Under the pieces are notes generated by a model, which did no database searches, was not told the DNA's origin, and saw nothing but the letters and a program-made list of their open reading frames with translations. A DNA stretch of 39,904 bases from Paraphysomonas bandaiensis (Eukaryota > Protista > Chrysophyceae). The stretch covers positions 1 to 39,904 of the forward strand of contig CBFFRP010000545.1 in assembly GCA_965644295.1 (NCBI GenBank). Reading direction: 5' to 3'. Both the position numbers and the translations under genes were made by a program. Below are positions 12,385-26,448 of the stretch, one piece after another (position 1 is the stretch's first letter; each line of letters opens with the position of its first letter).

Positions 12385-13858
12385 CTAATCTGATGAACCT
12401 GACAGCAACTCATCGTATACCATTATTTGACACAATGAGTCCCCTACAAACTCTGACTTCGTTGTTAAATCCACAGCCACTAGGCCGGACAGACTATGCA
12501 TGCCTCCATTTAAGGGAAGTATTGAAAGGTTCACGTCTTTTGACTCGCCAGCATCAAGCGCGCCAAGGTTGAAGCATGCGAGACCCGTGATAGCAAGCCC
12601 ACATGTTTCTGGATCCATCCGTGTTTGCAGCTGTGAAATGACAGGGTAACTAAAGGAGTTGGTGATCCGCACAACAGCGTTACATTCCTTTCCAACCGCA
12701 ACCTCCTTGGGACACCGCACAACTTCCACCACCAACGTATTGTTCCGCTGTTCAAGAGAGGTTCCACTACCATGCATAGCGGAGTCCAATGATGCAGACT
12801 TACGGGATGATGTCGGGGACACCGGTGTGGGTGTAGGTGGGGGAAACGTAACCCGTCTACCAATTATAATATCATCTCCCCGGGTCCGAGCATGTTCTCC
12901 CATAGACGCTGACCAGTACACTTCCACTGCTCCAAGGCTCTTCACAGGGGGCGAGGGATGGGCGGCCTTTGTGACGGAAAAGGCGAATGCATAGCTTTCG
13001 TCAGGGTTCAGGAGAGCCAGATCAGAAAAATCCGGAAGGTTTAAAGCAGTGGGGTCATCAGAGCACTGAATGAAAAATTCTGATGCTTCGGTCTTGCGTG
13101 AGGGAGGAATCAGGGTCGCATGCATGTCACTAGGAAGTGTTACCATCTCAACCTAGACAACAAACTGGAGTTATATATGATATCATCTGAAGAAAATACA
13201 TATGTCTATAGAATGTACATACACAACTTACCTGTTGAATGCAAATAAGCGCCTTCGTGGTATTCGTAACCTGGCACTGTACCATATACTTGTCATGAAG
13301 GTCGTAGCAAGTAGACAAAATCGAAAGAGGATTTAAGACATTAAATCTGTAAAACTTTCGAAGAGTTTTAGCTTCTCCACTTCGACTGTCTGTATACGCC
13401 ACAGAGACTCTCAGTGTATGTGTACCGAGCTCTGAAAGGATATGTTGCACCACCATATCATTTGATTCTCCTGTTAACAATACAGCAGCCGTAGAAGATG
13501 TATGTGATTCCATAGCACGTGAATCAAATAAATCATGTGTTGCATTTAATGTTTGTAATCTTGCTGATAATGTCACATTATGATACGGTATATCCTGCAC
13601 CCCATTAATAACTGATATATAGGCAGAAAAGAGTTCTCCTAAATAAATATCACCAAAACTATCAGGTAATAAAAGATATTGTGATATACAAAATTCTGCT
13701 GGTGTTGTACGTATTGTATTAATATTATTACCAGGAAATATTGAATTGGATGTTAATTGTGGCATACATGGATAAGTATGTATAGGGGGTTTGTATAGAC
13801 GCATGACCCGTACTGTTGGGGTAAGAGTATCAGATGGTTTGGATGTTGATTGAGACAT
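12385..13858 (-). CDS. TRAPPC13: Trafficking protein particle complex subunit 13 (DUF974); exons 13858-13232 and 13152-12385
   Basis: Characteristic motifs VRVMRLYKP, LLLPDSFGDIYLGELFSAYIS, LSELGTHTLRVSVAY, LRKFYRFNVLNPL and LGAVEVYWSASMGE. In-frame intron at 13231-13153. Confidence 0.9.
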
Positions 13859-14127
13859 TGGGGAAGATATGTATGTATAGATGAGTATAGTGGTGTGAGT
13901 AATAGAATGACAAGCCAATTAAATATACATACATGAGAGGATCTACATGGTACTTATGTCGTATTGGCATCCTTTGTATATTTTTGTTCATATATGCCTC
14001 TATTATTGAGACAATAATTACCTGTATTACAGCCGTAGTTGTATATCAGTAATAAAAAAATGTTTGCTTCAGTTTATTTCCGAAAACTTTGATGCATACG
14101 GTACTGTACCTACATGTACTGCTGTAT

Positions 14128-14258
14128 ATACCTACCTACCTACCTACCTACCTACATATACATACATACATACATACATACATACATACATACATACATA
14201 CATACATACATACATACATACATACATACATACATACATACATACATACATACATACA

Positions 14259-14292
<34 letters not shown>

Positions 14293-14572
14293 CATACATA
14301 CATACATACATACATACATACATACATACATACATACATACATACATACATACATACATACATACATACATACATACATACATACCTACATACATACATA
14401 CATACATACATACATACATACATACATACATACATACATACATACCTACATACCTACATACATACATACATACATACATACATACATACATACATACATA
14501 CATACATACATACATACATACATACATACATACATACATACATACATACATACATACATACATACATACCTA
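14128..14572 (+). repeat. (CCTA)n leader + (CATA)n microsatellite, ~440 bp
   Basis: Directly visible; lies between the divergent TRAPPC13 and TCAIM-like genes. Confidence 0.98.
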
Positions 14573-14736
14573 TATACGTAGGGAGGGACAATTACAGTAC
14601 AACAGCACCGTACCACTCCTCACACTACAAACCATACAGCACTGTATATACTCCCCATAACTAGAGGCTGAGACCATAATGCACCCCACCAGTCAAACAT
14701 TCCAGTCATACTTCTCATCATATATCATATACACAT

Positions 14737-15267
14737 ATGAATATGTTTCGTCTCCCTCTTAGAATGCGTATTGTACCAAACTCTGTGCGTACCTTTGCAC
14801 AGATGAGCCGTAAGAGGGAAAGACACCTTAAGAAGCAAGAGATGTATAGAAATAAAGTTAAGGCACAAAAAGGGGAAGATTTACCGTATTTCCATAGCCT
14901 ATTACGGCAACTTTACCGACGTGCTCATCCAGACTTGGTAAAGTCTCATTCGGAGACAATGGCGAGAGTGAATGACAACTCCATGCAAGAGCTGAATGGT
15001 GTGTTATCTACTGTAAAGGCAACGACTGAATATCCAGCTGCAATGGATAAACAGTTTACTTTCTACATGAAAAGTTCTGATGGTACCTACGAAAAGTTTG
15101 AGTTAGCAATCAAAACTTCTGGTGGTGACTGCAGAAATCAACTTAAGACAACCTTTCAGAATTTCTTTGAAGTAACAGGGATATCGAGTACACCATTTCA
15201 GTGGGATGCAGAGTATTTTCCGCCGGTTACTCTTCCTAGTCACACAGAGAATGATCATGATCAATAA
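14737..15267 (+). CDS. Mitochondrial TCAIM/DUF4460-like protein (J-domain-like HPD motif), 176 aa
   Basis: Arg-rich, acid-free N-terminal presequence. LRQLYRRAHPDLV...VNDNSMQELN resembles the DUF4460 pattern LRxFYxxVHPD...NExSL. Confidence 0.7.
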   Translation: MNMFRLPLRMRIVPNSVRTFAQMSRKRERHLKKQEMYRNKVKAQKGEDLPYFHSLLRQLYRRAHPDLVKSHSETMARVNDNSMQELNGVLSTVKATTEYPAAMDKQFTFYMKSSDGTYEKFELAIKTSGGDCRNQLKTTFQNFFEVTGISSTPFQWDAEYFPPVTLPSHTENDHDQ

Positions 15268-16523
15268 AATATTCATGTTTCGAAATTATGTCTGATATTT
15301 GAGGGCTGTGATAGGAGTATGTTGTAGTGGAATTATTGCTTTCTTCTATAACTGTTAGATGAAATTTACCCTCAAGTCAAGTAGATATCAATATGTAGAA
15401 ATTATTTCTTGAAGGATAAGTGGAATTAGCTAAAAATTGCTTGTTTTACAGTGATGCCATTGACATTTGGAACTCTTCATTGGATACTACTTACAAAATA
15501 TAGTAATAACAGCAGAAAAAATAGCATAAATTATAATTGACTGAGTTTCTGAGTCTTACTTCATACCATTACTAATGAGATGACTTTAAATTTATGACTG
15601 TGTCTTTGTACCTCAGTGCGGCTTTAAAACCGTATAGATGTATAGTTAAATATTGAAATCAGAGCTTGCTTGGTAAACGGTCACGTTGATGGCCCAATAA
15701 TAGGTGCCAATTCCCGCAATTACAATGGGAGCCCCATTAATGGTAACGTCAATATCGCCCATAATAGATAGTGTGGTGTCACCTTAATTAGGTGAAATAA
15801 GAGACTACAAATCGTAACTACAACAAACCAGGGCAATATTGTATTTCATTGTTCAACTTTTAATAGTTGCAAAATTAGAAATATTGCTTTTGAGGGAGAT
15901 GAATATTATTAAGTATATTAAGGGACTATACAACGTAATCTGATGCGTTTTCAATACCATTTATATATTCTATATTATAGTAGTAAACGTTATAACTTAA
16001 AATGACAGGATCCACTATTCAACCTATTTAAATTTTGTAAAACTTAGTTGCAATGCCTGAAAGATTTAGTAGGCTCAGCTGCCAATTTTAATTTAATAGA
16101 AACGTCCGAAAAATTTAGTAGTAGGAACAAATGACAAATAGGAATGTCTGCTAAATTTAGTAATGCTAAATATATTACGGCAGATTCAACATGTGATCCA
16201 GTGTTGTAATTTGTAATTATCACCCGGTAAAGAAGGAAACTTTCCATTTTCCATCGGTTATTGGTGATGTAACGATTATATACGAATCTATCATAATAAA
16301 AATGCACCTCTATTTCATCCGGACTAGAGAGGAGCATTGTAGGTTCTTATATTCATTGTTATTTATTTATTTATTTACGACGAAACATATCCGATGAATC
16401 ATTGAATGCATCGAAGTAACAATCCAAACTCCTCTTCGAATATTGAGCAACCAGTGCAGTTACTAACATACTTCATATCCGATATATATATACCTCAATT
16501 TAAATGACATAAGGTATAATAAT

Positions 16524-16809
16524 TTATGACTGGACAAGCTCTACACTCTTTCCACTGGCATTACTCCATTTAAGTAGTGCTTGCAAAAGTTCCTGTTCAT
16601 CTGTATCTTCTGCACATTCCACTTTCACAACTTTTCCTTCAACATCAGCATCAATGTTGGTTACATCTATGAATACATTCATCACACGTTATTAAATACA
16701 GACTTAAGAACATACTCTCGAATTTTCCAAGAATTCTCTTCACAGCATTGGCACAACCACCGCATGTCATGCCGACATTAAAAGTTACAGTTTTAGATGG
16801 AGTTTCCAT
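16524..16809 (-). CDS. ATX1: Copper chaperone ATX1/ATOX1 (HMA domain), 78 aa; exons 16809-16716 and 16666-16524
   Basis: FNVGMTCGGCANAVKRIL (MxCxxC). A 49-nt GT-AG intron leads in frame to NVTNIDADVEGKVVKV...LLQALLKWSNASGKSVELVQS*. Confidence 0.93.
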
Positions 16810-16885
16810 ATGAAATATAAGAATATTACGATAAAAGGCTATGAGTGTAAGGGCAGGGGTGGAAATAATATACACTGCTGCCTGC

Positions 16886-17558
16886 ACATATATACATACA
16901 TACATACATACACACATACATACATACATACATACATACATACATACATACATACATACATACATACATACATACATACATACATACATACATACATACA
17001 TACATACATACATACATACATACATACATACATACATACAGTACATACATACATACATACATACATACATACATACATACATACATACATACATACATAC
17101 ATACATACATACATACATACATACATACATACATACATACATACATACATACATACATACATACATACATACATACATACATACATACATACATACATAC
17201 ATACATACATACATACATACATACATACATACATACATACATACATACATACATACATACATACATACATACATACATACATACATACATACAGACATAC
17301 ATACATACATACATACATACATACATACATACATACATACATACATACATACATACATACATACATACATACTGTACATACATACATACATACATACATA
17401 CATACACACATACATACATACATACATACATACATACATACATACATACATACATACATACATACATACATACATACATACATACATACATACATACATA
17501 CATACATACATACATACATACATACATACATACATACATACATACATACATACATACA

Positions 17559-17592
<34 letters not shown>

Positions 17593-18553
17593 CATACATA
17601 CATACATACATACATACATACATACATACATACATACATACATACATACATACATACATACATACATACATACATACATACATACATACATACAGACATA
17701 CATACATACATACATACATACATACATACATACATACATACATACATACATACATGCATACATACATACATACATACATACATACATACATACATACATA
17801 CATACATACATACATACATACATACATACATACATACATACATACATACATACATACATACATACATACATACATGCATACATACATACATACATACATA
17901 CATACATACATACATGCATACATACATACATACATACATACATACATACATACATACATACAGACATACATACATACATACATACATACATACATACATA
18001 CATACATACATACATACATACATACATACATACATACATACATACATACATACTGTACATACATACATACATACTGTACATACATACATACATACATACA
18101 TACATACATACATACATACATACATACATACATACATACATACATACATACATACATACATACATACATACATACATAAGTACATACATAAGTACATACA
18201 TACATACATACATACATACATACATACATACATGCATACATACATACATACATACATACATACATACATACATACATACATACATACATACATACATACA
18301 TACATACATACATACATACATACATACATACATACATACATACATACATACATACATACATGCATACATACATACATACATACATACATACATACATACA
18401 TACATACATACATACATACATACATACATACATACATACATACATACATACATACATACATACATACATACATACATACATACATACATACATACTGTAC
18501 ATACATACATACATACTGTACATACATAAATACATACATAAATACATAAATAA

Positions 18554-18584
<31 letters not shown>

Positions 18585-19095
18585 AATACATACATACATA
18601 CATACATAAGTACATACATAAGTACATACATACATACATACATACATACATACATACATACATGCATACATACATACATACATACATACATACATACATA
18701 CATACATACATACATACATACATACATACATACATACATACATACATACATACATACATACATACATACATACATACATACATACATACATACATGCATA
18801 CATACATACATACATACATACATACATACATACATACATACATACATACATACATACATACATACATACATACATACATACATACATACATACATACATA
18901 CATACATACATACATACATACATACATACATACATACATACATACATACATACATACATGCATACATACATACATACATACATACATACATACATACATA
19001 CATACATACATACATACATACATACATACATACATACATACATACATACATACATACATACATACATACATACATACATACATACATACATACAT
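16886..19095 (+). repeat. (CATA)n microsatellite, ~2.2 kb, with recurring variant units
   Basis: Directly visible; fills nearly the whole ATX1/PSMB5 divergent spacer. Confidence 0.99.
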
Positions 19096-19158
19096 GCATC
19101 TTATTATTCCATCCTATCTCCACAATTTCACCACTGAGACATATACAACCCCACTAAT

Positions 19159-20527
19159 ATGCAGACAATAGGATCCTCTATTCTAGACATCGGAACCTCC
19201 AAATGGAATGCTGATGCGACTCCACAGGAGTGTCTCTCCTCCTCTATCCCCTCTCATATGATGCTCCCAGCAGTAGCTAATGTACAGCATGACATACATA
19301 CATATATATATATATATATACATATACTTCAATGAACCCTCTTATACATACACATATATACGTATACATGTTTCGTCTATCACACTCTACACAGCCAACA
19401 CACATGTATATACATATATATATATATAGATATCAACATACACTGCTAGCATATGCTCCTGTATAGAACTCATATATTATTCTCATGTAGCCCGCTGACT
19501 TCTGTCGGACTAATTTTTCTGTGGAGAAAGGCAAAGATTATGACCAGGATATTAAGTTCTTTAAAGGAACGACTACACTGGCATTTAAGGTGATTATATG
19601 GAGCTATGATACGCCTGATATAATATCTGTTGACAGTTTCAAGGTGGTGTTGTTGTGTCAGTTGATAGCAGAGCTACACAGGGGCCTTATATTGGTATGT
19701 GTCTGTATGTTACTGTCATTTTACTTTCATGAGTGTAATAATTCTCTCTCGCTGGTATTAATTTTGCATTTTTTCTAGCCTCCCAATCGGTAAAAAAGGT
19801 TATTGAGATAAATCCTTTCCTTCTTGGTACTATGGCTGGTGGTGCTGCTGACTGCCAGTTCTGGGAACGCGATTTGGGGCGTCAGTGCCGCCTCTATGAG
19901 CTACGAAACAAAGAGAGGATATCAGTCGCAGCTGCTTCCAAACTTCTTTGCAACACAATGTACGTGACAGAAATTGGTGTTTCTGATGTATTTTACACTG
20001 CTCTCCCCTGAATTCTGTTGATGCTGTAATGTGCAGGTACGCGTACCGCGGGTACGGTCTAAGTATGGGAACTATGGTGACTGGGTGGGACAAAACCGGT
20101 CCACAATTGTACTACGTTGACAATGATGCCACTCGTATTCATGGTGACCTATTTAGCGTTGGCTCCGGGTCCACATATGCGTATGGAGTTCTCGACAAGT
20201 ACGGCTAACACTGTATCTGAAAAGTATTGTTTTGACATTGATGTGCAGTCATTATCGTTATGATCTCACTGTCGAGGAGGCTATTGAATTGGGTAAGCGG
20301 GCCATTCTGCATGCCACTCACAGGGATGCCTACTCGGGTGGTATCAACAATGGTAATTATCATAGGCTGTCAATTTGTTGTGGCAATGACAGTATGTCGC
20401 AGTATATCATGTTGGGGAAAACGGCTGGACTAAAGTATGGAGTAATGACACAACTGAGATGTATTACAATTATTATCCGCTTACGAAGGCTGTTGAAGAT
20501 GGACAGGAGGAGAAAATGGAACTTTAA
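19159..20527 (+). CDS. PSMB5: Proteasome subunit beta type-5 (chymotrypsin-like), multi-exon
   Basis: Propeptide followed by G|[65 protein letters not shown] and [10 protein letters not shown]. First intron is 19282-19490. Confidence 0.96.
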
Positions 20528-20746
20528 ACCGGCGATGTGCGTCGTTGCAGCACGGTTTATTTCTCCGATACCTAGATATTTAGAGTATGCACAAAGAGGT
20601 GTGAATAGGTGTAGTTAGATGTATGAACTAATAATTACCCCCTGTTAAGAGAACAATTTATCGTTGGGAAATATTGATACTGCGGTTACATTTGAGAAAT
20701 TAGATTTCCTTGCTCAACGTAATGTCCCCATTACTAACTTCAATTA

Positions 20747-22937
20747 TTAAGCCACACCTAATGGCTCTTTTATATTCAGACAGTCCTTAGCTACTGAGCA
20801 TCTGCACTCATTATTGAGTTGAAAAGTCTTATACTGGTGTTCTACAGCAGCGGGAGTTACCATGCTGCTAAAGTCCTGAATACTTTAAGGCTTAAAAGAA
20901 AGTAATAAATTTATTTATAAACAGATTGTACAGGAAAGAGTTTCGTGCATTCACTTAAACTAAGCCGCCTTACAGTGACACAGTGTCTTCTTAACGCGTG
21001 TGTATAGAGTAGTATATCATACTTATTTTTGTCTATAGCAAGCTCATATGTGCCGTCATTTTTCGAAAATTCATCAATACCCTCGATGCCTTTGCTGATA
21101 TTAGTCGCCGCGGACAGGTCATTGTGCCCAACTGAAGTGTCGTGCATGCGAATATTGTACGCTTTCACCTGATATCACCAACCATGACATATCAGAATTC
21201 ACACAACAAGAAGAGAAACTATAGCGACAAGCAATATATGTAAATAAAAGTAGTTTATGTTACCTCTGTGGCATTTCCATATCCAAGATACGACGCCACC
21301 AGGGGCAAGTCCTCGGCCAACCTTTCTGTGATGAACACGTAATCGAAGTGATCTAAATGAATTCGAGCTCTTGTGTAACACTCCTCCGTGGCTTTAGGAA
21401 GGTTGGGAGTCGGCTTCCACATTCCACAGAACCATTTGGTCATGTAATTCTCGTCCAGTCCGAGGGTAGGAAGAGTGTACGTCTTAGTTGCTGAGGCTGT
21501 GTTTGCATTAAATAGACCAGTGACAATACAAATATAAACAAACTTACACTTCGCAACATTATGGGAAGCCTTAGAAGCTGCATACCATACACATTAATTA
21601 GTTTGGCTAGAGTAATGCCTACTATTCAGTGCAATACTTACTCTGATGAAGAGTGCGTGGTATAGATTCATGAGTTAACCATTTCTTCATGTTCCAGTTT
21701 GGATCATTTTTGTACAAATTACGTGCCATTCTGTAACTCGACACGACTCGCTCAATTGGTTGTCGTAACATCGTTATAAACGTTATTTCTGGTGGAAACA
21801 CCTGACGTGGTAGAACTGGCCTCTCAACTTGTGTAAATTCGTAACTGGAAATAATAGTTAGACGTAGTTAAGGATAGTAGTTGATATTAACAATACTAAC
21901 GACATTAATAATTTCAATAACAATGCCACCAATAGTACTGATAATAGTAGTGCTGACAATATTAACAATAGTACTACTAACAGTAACAACAACTATAACA
22001 GTGCTCACAATAGTATCAATATATTAGCATATACTAACAATATAACATAACAATACTAACAATATTTGAACAGTACTAACAATATAACATGACAATACTA
22101 ACAATACAACATAACAATACTAACATATAACACTAACATAACAATACTAACATATAACACTAACATAACAATACTAACATATAACACTAACATAACAATA
22201 CTAACAATATAACATAACAATACTAACAATATAACACTAACATAACAATACTAACAATATAACATAACAATACTAACATACAACCCTAACATAACAATAC
22301 TAACAATATAACACTAACATAACAATACTAACAATATAACACTAACATAACAATACTAACAATATAACATAACAATACTAACAATATAACACTAACATAA
22401 CAATACTAACAATATAACACTAACATAACAATACTAACAATACAACCCTAACATAACAATACTAACAATATAACACTAACATAACAATACTAACAATATA
22501 ACACTAACATAACAATACTAACAATATAACATAACAATACTAACAATATAACACTAACATAACAAATACTAACAATATAACACTAACAATATAACACTAG
22601 CATAACAATACTAACAATATTCATAGTATTATATATACCTAGATCGTATAAGTGATCCAAATGCATCACATTGTTTACTAGGTGAAGTATCTTCAAAATA
22701 ATGCATGCTACATCTCCAATCATTTAAATTATGTTGACATGAATTATTTTTTTGTGTATACATTAAATGTGAAAAATAATTATGTATAGTCCATCCTCCA
22801 CATTTCTTTGTATGATGGAAGACGATGATAGGATGCTTATGGTGTATACGGGAGGGTAAATGACTACATGTTTGTAATGCATGTGATGTGAATTGGAAGA
22901 TAATGAGGAGGAGGAGAGTGTAGTGTATGGTATACAT
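20747..22937 (-). CDS. Second Golgi-type sulfotransferase-like protein, multi-exon
   Basis: Signal MYTIHYTLLLLIIFQ, 5'-PSB VFHHTKKCGGWT, 3'-PB FITMLRQPIERVVSSY (~21790-21735), NYMTKWFCG, FDYVFITERL and NKYDILLY. The 3' end is either 20911 or a spliced last exon ending at 20747. Confidence 0.8.
22025..22622 (+). repeat. Nearly G-free minisatellite (unit ~28 bp AACAATACTAACAATATAACACTAACAT, with 22/26-bp variants) in intron 1 of the sulfotransferase
   Basis: About 20 tandem copies are visible, with a degenerate extension back to ~21885. Confidence 0.93.
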
Positions 22938-23043
22938 GTAGATGGTGATAGATGGGGGGTGATGTGAATGGTACAATACTGTATGGTGACTTAACCATAT
23001 GGCACTATATGGACATACTGCAGTGGGATATATAGGCATGATT

Positions 23044-23060
23044 GTATGTATGTACGTATG

Positions 23061-23092
<32 letters not shown>

Positions 23093-23712
23093 TGTATGTA
23101 TGTATGTATGTATGTATGTATGTATGTATGTATGTATGTATGTATGTATGTATGTATGTATGTATGTATGTATGTATGTATGTATGTATGTATGTATGTA
23201 TGTATGTATGTATGTATGTATGTATGTATGTATGTATGTATGTATGTATGTATGTATGTATGTATGTATGTATGTATGTATGTATGTATGTATGTATGTA
23301 TGTATGTATGTATGTATGTATGTATGTATGTATGTATGTATGTATGTATGTATGTATGTATGTATGTATGTATGTATGTATGTATGTATGTATGTATGTA
23401 TGTATGTATGTATGTATGTATGTATGTATGTATGTATGTATGTATGTGTATGTATGTATGTATGTATGTATGTATGTATGTATGTATGTATGTATATATA
23501 TATGTATGTATGTATGTACGTATGTATGTATGTATGTATGTATGTATGTATGTATGTATGTATGTATGTATGTATGTATGTATGTATGTATGTATGTATG
23601 TATGTATGTATGTATGTATGTATGTATGTATGTATGTATGTATGTATGTATGTATGTATGTATGTATGTATGTATGTATGTATGTATGTATGTACGTATG
23701 GTAGGTAGGTGT
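23044..23712 (-). repeat. (CATA)n microsatellite in minus orientation ((TATG)n on +), ~660 bp, with CACCTACCTAC leader
   Basis: Directly visible; lies between the divergent sulfotransferase and CDPK genes. Confidence 0.98.
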
Positions 23713-23951
23713 GGTCAACTGCCACATATGACCCGTAACCAATCAAAGTATCACAATACTAATCGATTGGTCACTACTCTCTCATCCTCTCCCAACACAT
23801 GGATCTACACTCTACCACATACTCCGTCATACGATCGTATCACATTGCAGATATCTGACTCAATGACTCAATGAAGAGCTCCGGAGATCATACATACATA
23901 CATATCACGTCATTAACTTTCACATATCAATCATTACATACATTATTCAAT

Positions 23952-25993
23952 ATGGGTTGTCTTGAATCAAAAGATGAAATAGATGATACAGATATCAGAA
24001 ATAAAGATCTTTTAATTGAAAAATCTGAGATGAATACTACTATAAATACTGATATTTTGATCCCTGAAAATGAGAAAATCTCTGATTTACCATCTGTACA
24101 AATGCTTCAATATACGGATTATATATTAGGGAATATGTTAGGTGAAGGTGGTATGGGTATAGTCTATAGTGCAACATCAAAACATGATGGTCATATTGTT
24201 GCAATGAAATTTTTTGGATATAATGGTAATCGTTTAATTGAAGATGATATACATCGTGAGATTGGTATAATGGCAGGATTGAATGGTATACATGGTGTAG
24301 TTCAAATGATTGGTATCTTTTATGATAGTGATGTGGGTTATTTACCAAATAAAATATTTCGTAAAGCATTACCAGTTATTGTAATGGAATATCTTGCTGG
24401 TGGTGAAATGTTTACAAGAATATATGAAAGAAAAACTGTTTCTGAATTGTATTTAGCACGTGCTTTTAAAGATGTTATCCATGCACTTGATGACATGCAT
24501 AAGCGTGGATATCTCCACAGGGATCTTAAACTTGAAAACATTATGCTTGTTAACGACTCCGAGGACTCTCCTGTGAAGATTATTGACTTCGGGATGGTAG
24601 TTAAACTACCAGAAGGTGAAAAATACTTTAAATCCCAAGGTGTTCAAGGAACACGGGGCTACGTTGCTCCAGAATCCCTCACACACTCTGAGTACTCTGC
24701 TAAATCAGATATATGGCAAGCAGGATGTGTATTGTATGCTTTGTTGAGTGGATTTCAAGCATTTAATCCTCATCGACCAGAACAGATTGTACATGGCAGG
24801 ATGTTTCGCATGGTGGGAGAGGGATGGGATGCAATATCAGCGGAGGCAAAGGACCTGGTAGCACGATTACTGCGGAAGTCAGTTGACAATCGTTTATCAG
24901 CGGATGAAATATTATCCCATCCATGGCTTGTAAACAATATTAATGATAAAGATCTAGGCGAAGAATATTACACTCGCGTGAAGAACCTAGCCCTACGGCA
25001 GAAGATGAAGAAATTTTTCATGGACAACGAGATCGCCAAAGGGAATCAGGCTCGAAAGAAAAAACTAAAGGCTGCCCTTCCTCTATTGGTGTCCAATGAA
25101 AATCCCAAGAGAAGTGGAGACAGTGCAGAAGTATTTGAGAGCAAAATTAAACGCCTTAAAGAAGTCATTATGCAATCATACTCTAGAAGTCGTAGTGGGT
25201 CTCTTCACAGCATGGCATCCAGCGAAGGTCAATGTGGGGCAAGTGAAGTAGCCAACGCTGTAAATTCGGATACCATATGTGCGGTAGAGGTCAACGATGG
25301 GGACATCGATGTAGATCTGTCGTCTGGTATAATGAACTTCCCGACCTTTGTATCAGTTTTAAAGGAGTGCGGGTTAGAAGAGCTTGCGACTAGAAAAGTG
25401 TTCCGGATATTCGATATAAGTAAGTCTAATGAACAGTCTTTTGCTGGAATTACTATCAATTCGTTTATCCAACTTACTGTATTATTTGTCGTTTTCAATT
25501 ACTAATGTATGACGATATGTAGCCAAGACTGGTGTGGTAGATCTAAAGGAGTTTCTGATCACCATGGTGGCATTTAGACCAGATGACGAAGAAGAGGAAG
25601 ATGCAGATGAGAGTGATGCCAATGTTCGCATGTATTTCAACATATTTGGTGAGTTTATTTCCATAATGTTTATTTCTAATACTATAATCTCTGCGTTTTG
25701 AATTATATGTATAACGGATATTTACCTCACGAACGTATCTCTGCGTAGATATAAACGAGACAGGATATATTGATCTCGAGGAACTTAAACTAGCTGTCGG
25801 GTGCATTTTTCTTGATGAAAACAACCCACTTTTCCACGGTACTGACAAGACTGCGATAGATGTGGAGGCATTATTTCATACAATTGACACAGCGAAGAAT
25901 GGGAGAATTACATTTGATGAATTTAAAAATTTCTACGATGCAGTATTAATACAGTCAACAAAACGGATGCTAGAACCCGAGGAAAATGAATAA
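23952..25993 (+). CDS. Calcium-dependent protein kinase (CDPK-like): MGC acylation motif, CAMK-type kinase domain, C-terminal EF-hands
   Basis: MGCLESK, GEGGMG, VAMK, HRDLKLEN, DFG and GTRGYVAPE. EF-hand loops DIAKTGVVDLKEF, DINETGYIDLEEL and DTAKNGRITFDEF join across two introns (~25420-25522, ~25649-25749). Confidence 0.9.
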
Positions 25994-26448
25994 GGTTGCT
26001 GAAATTATAAATATAGTCGCATACCTGTCATTTTATTGAAATTGAGTCGTTATATTATTTACATTATGAAGTGTATGATATATGTGACTTACGAGGTCTA
26101 GTCTTGTCGTGTAAGGGTAAATTATAATTATATGTGGTATGAGCCCTAAGTTGAATATTATAATATAGTATATTGATCCAGTGTGATTCGTTTAACAAAA
26201 TATACAATATATTACTAATAACTATATATATAAGCTACAATAAACTCCTACGTATTTATTTATAACTTGTTGATGTGTTTATCTCTACTAGAGATCCTGT
26301 ATTCTGTATTCTGTGTAGCAATTAAATAATGAATCCAGAAAGCTACAACAATAAGAATAGGATTATTGAATGTCTTTTTATTTAGCAATAGGCGTTAAAA
26401 ACTCGTTCCGATATAGTGGCTAGTTGAATGCTAGATCTACTAGTTAGA

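Noticed and set aside
10035-12994. Antisense and alternative-frame ORFs over NEK and TRAPPC13 (similar ones over CDPK and the 34-36 kb gene)
   Set aside because: Shadow ORFs of GC-richer coding sequence, with no motifs.
15665-16340. Short GC-richer patch at 15665-15790 and ORF 16044..16337
   Set aside because: No recognisable domain, splice structure or RNA fold.
22025-22622. CRISPR-like periodicity (~28 bp)
   Set aside because: No unique spacers, eukaryotic intron context and no cas genes.
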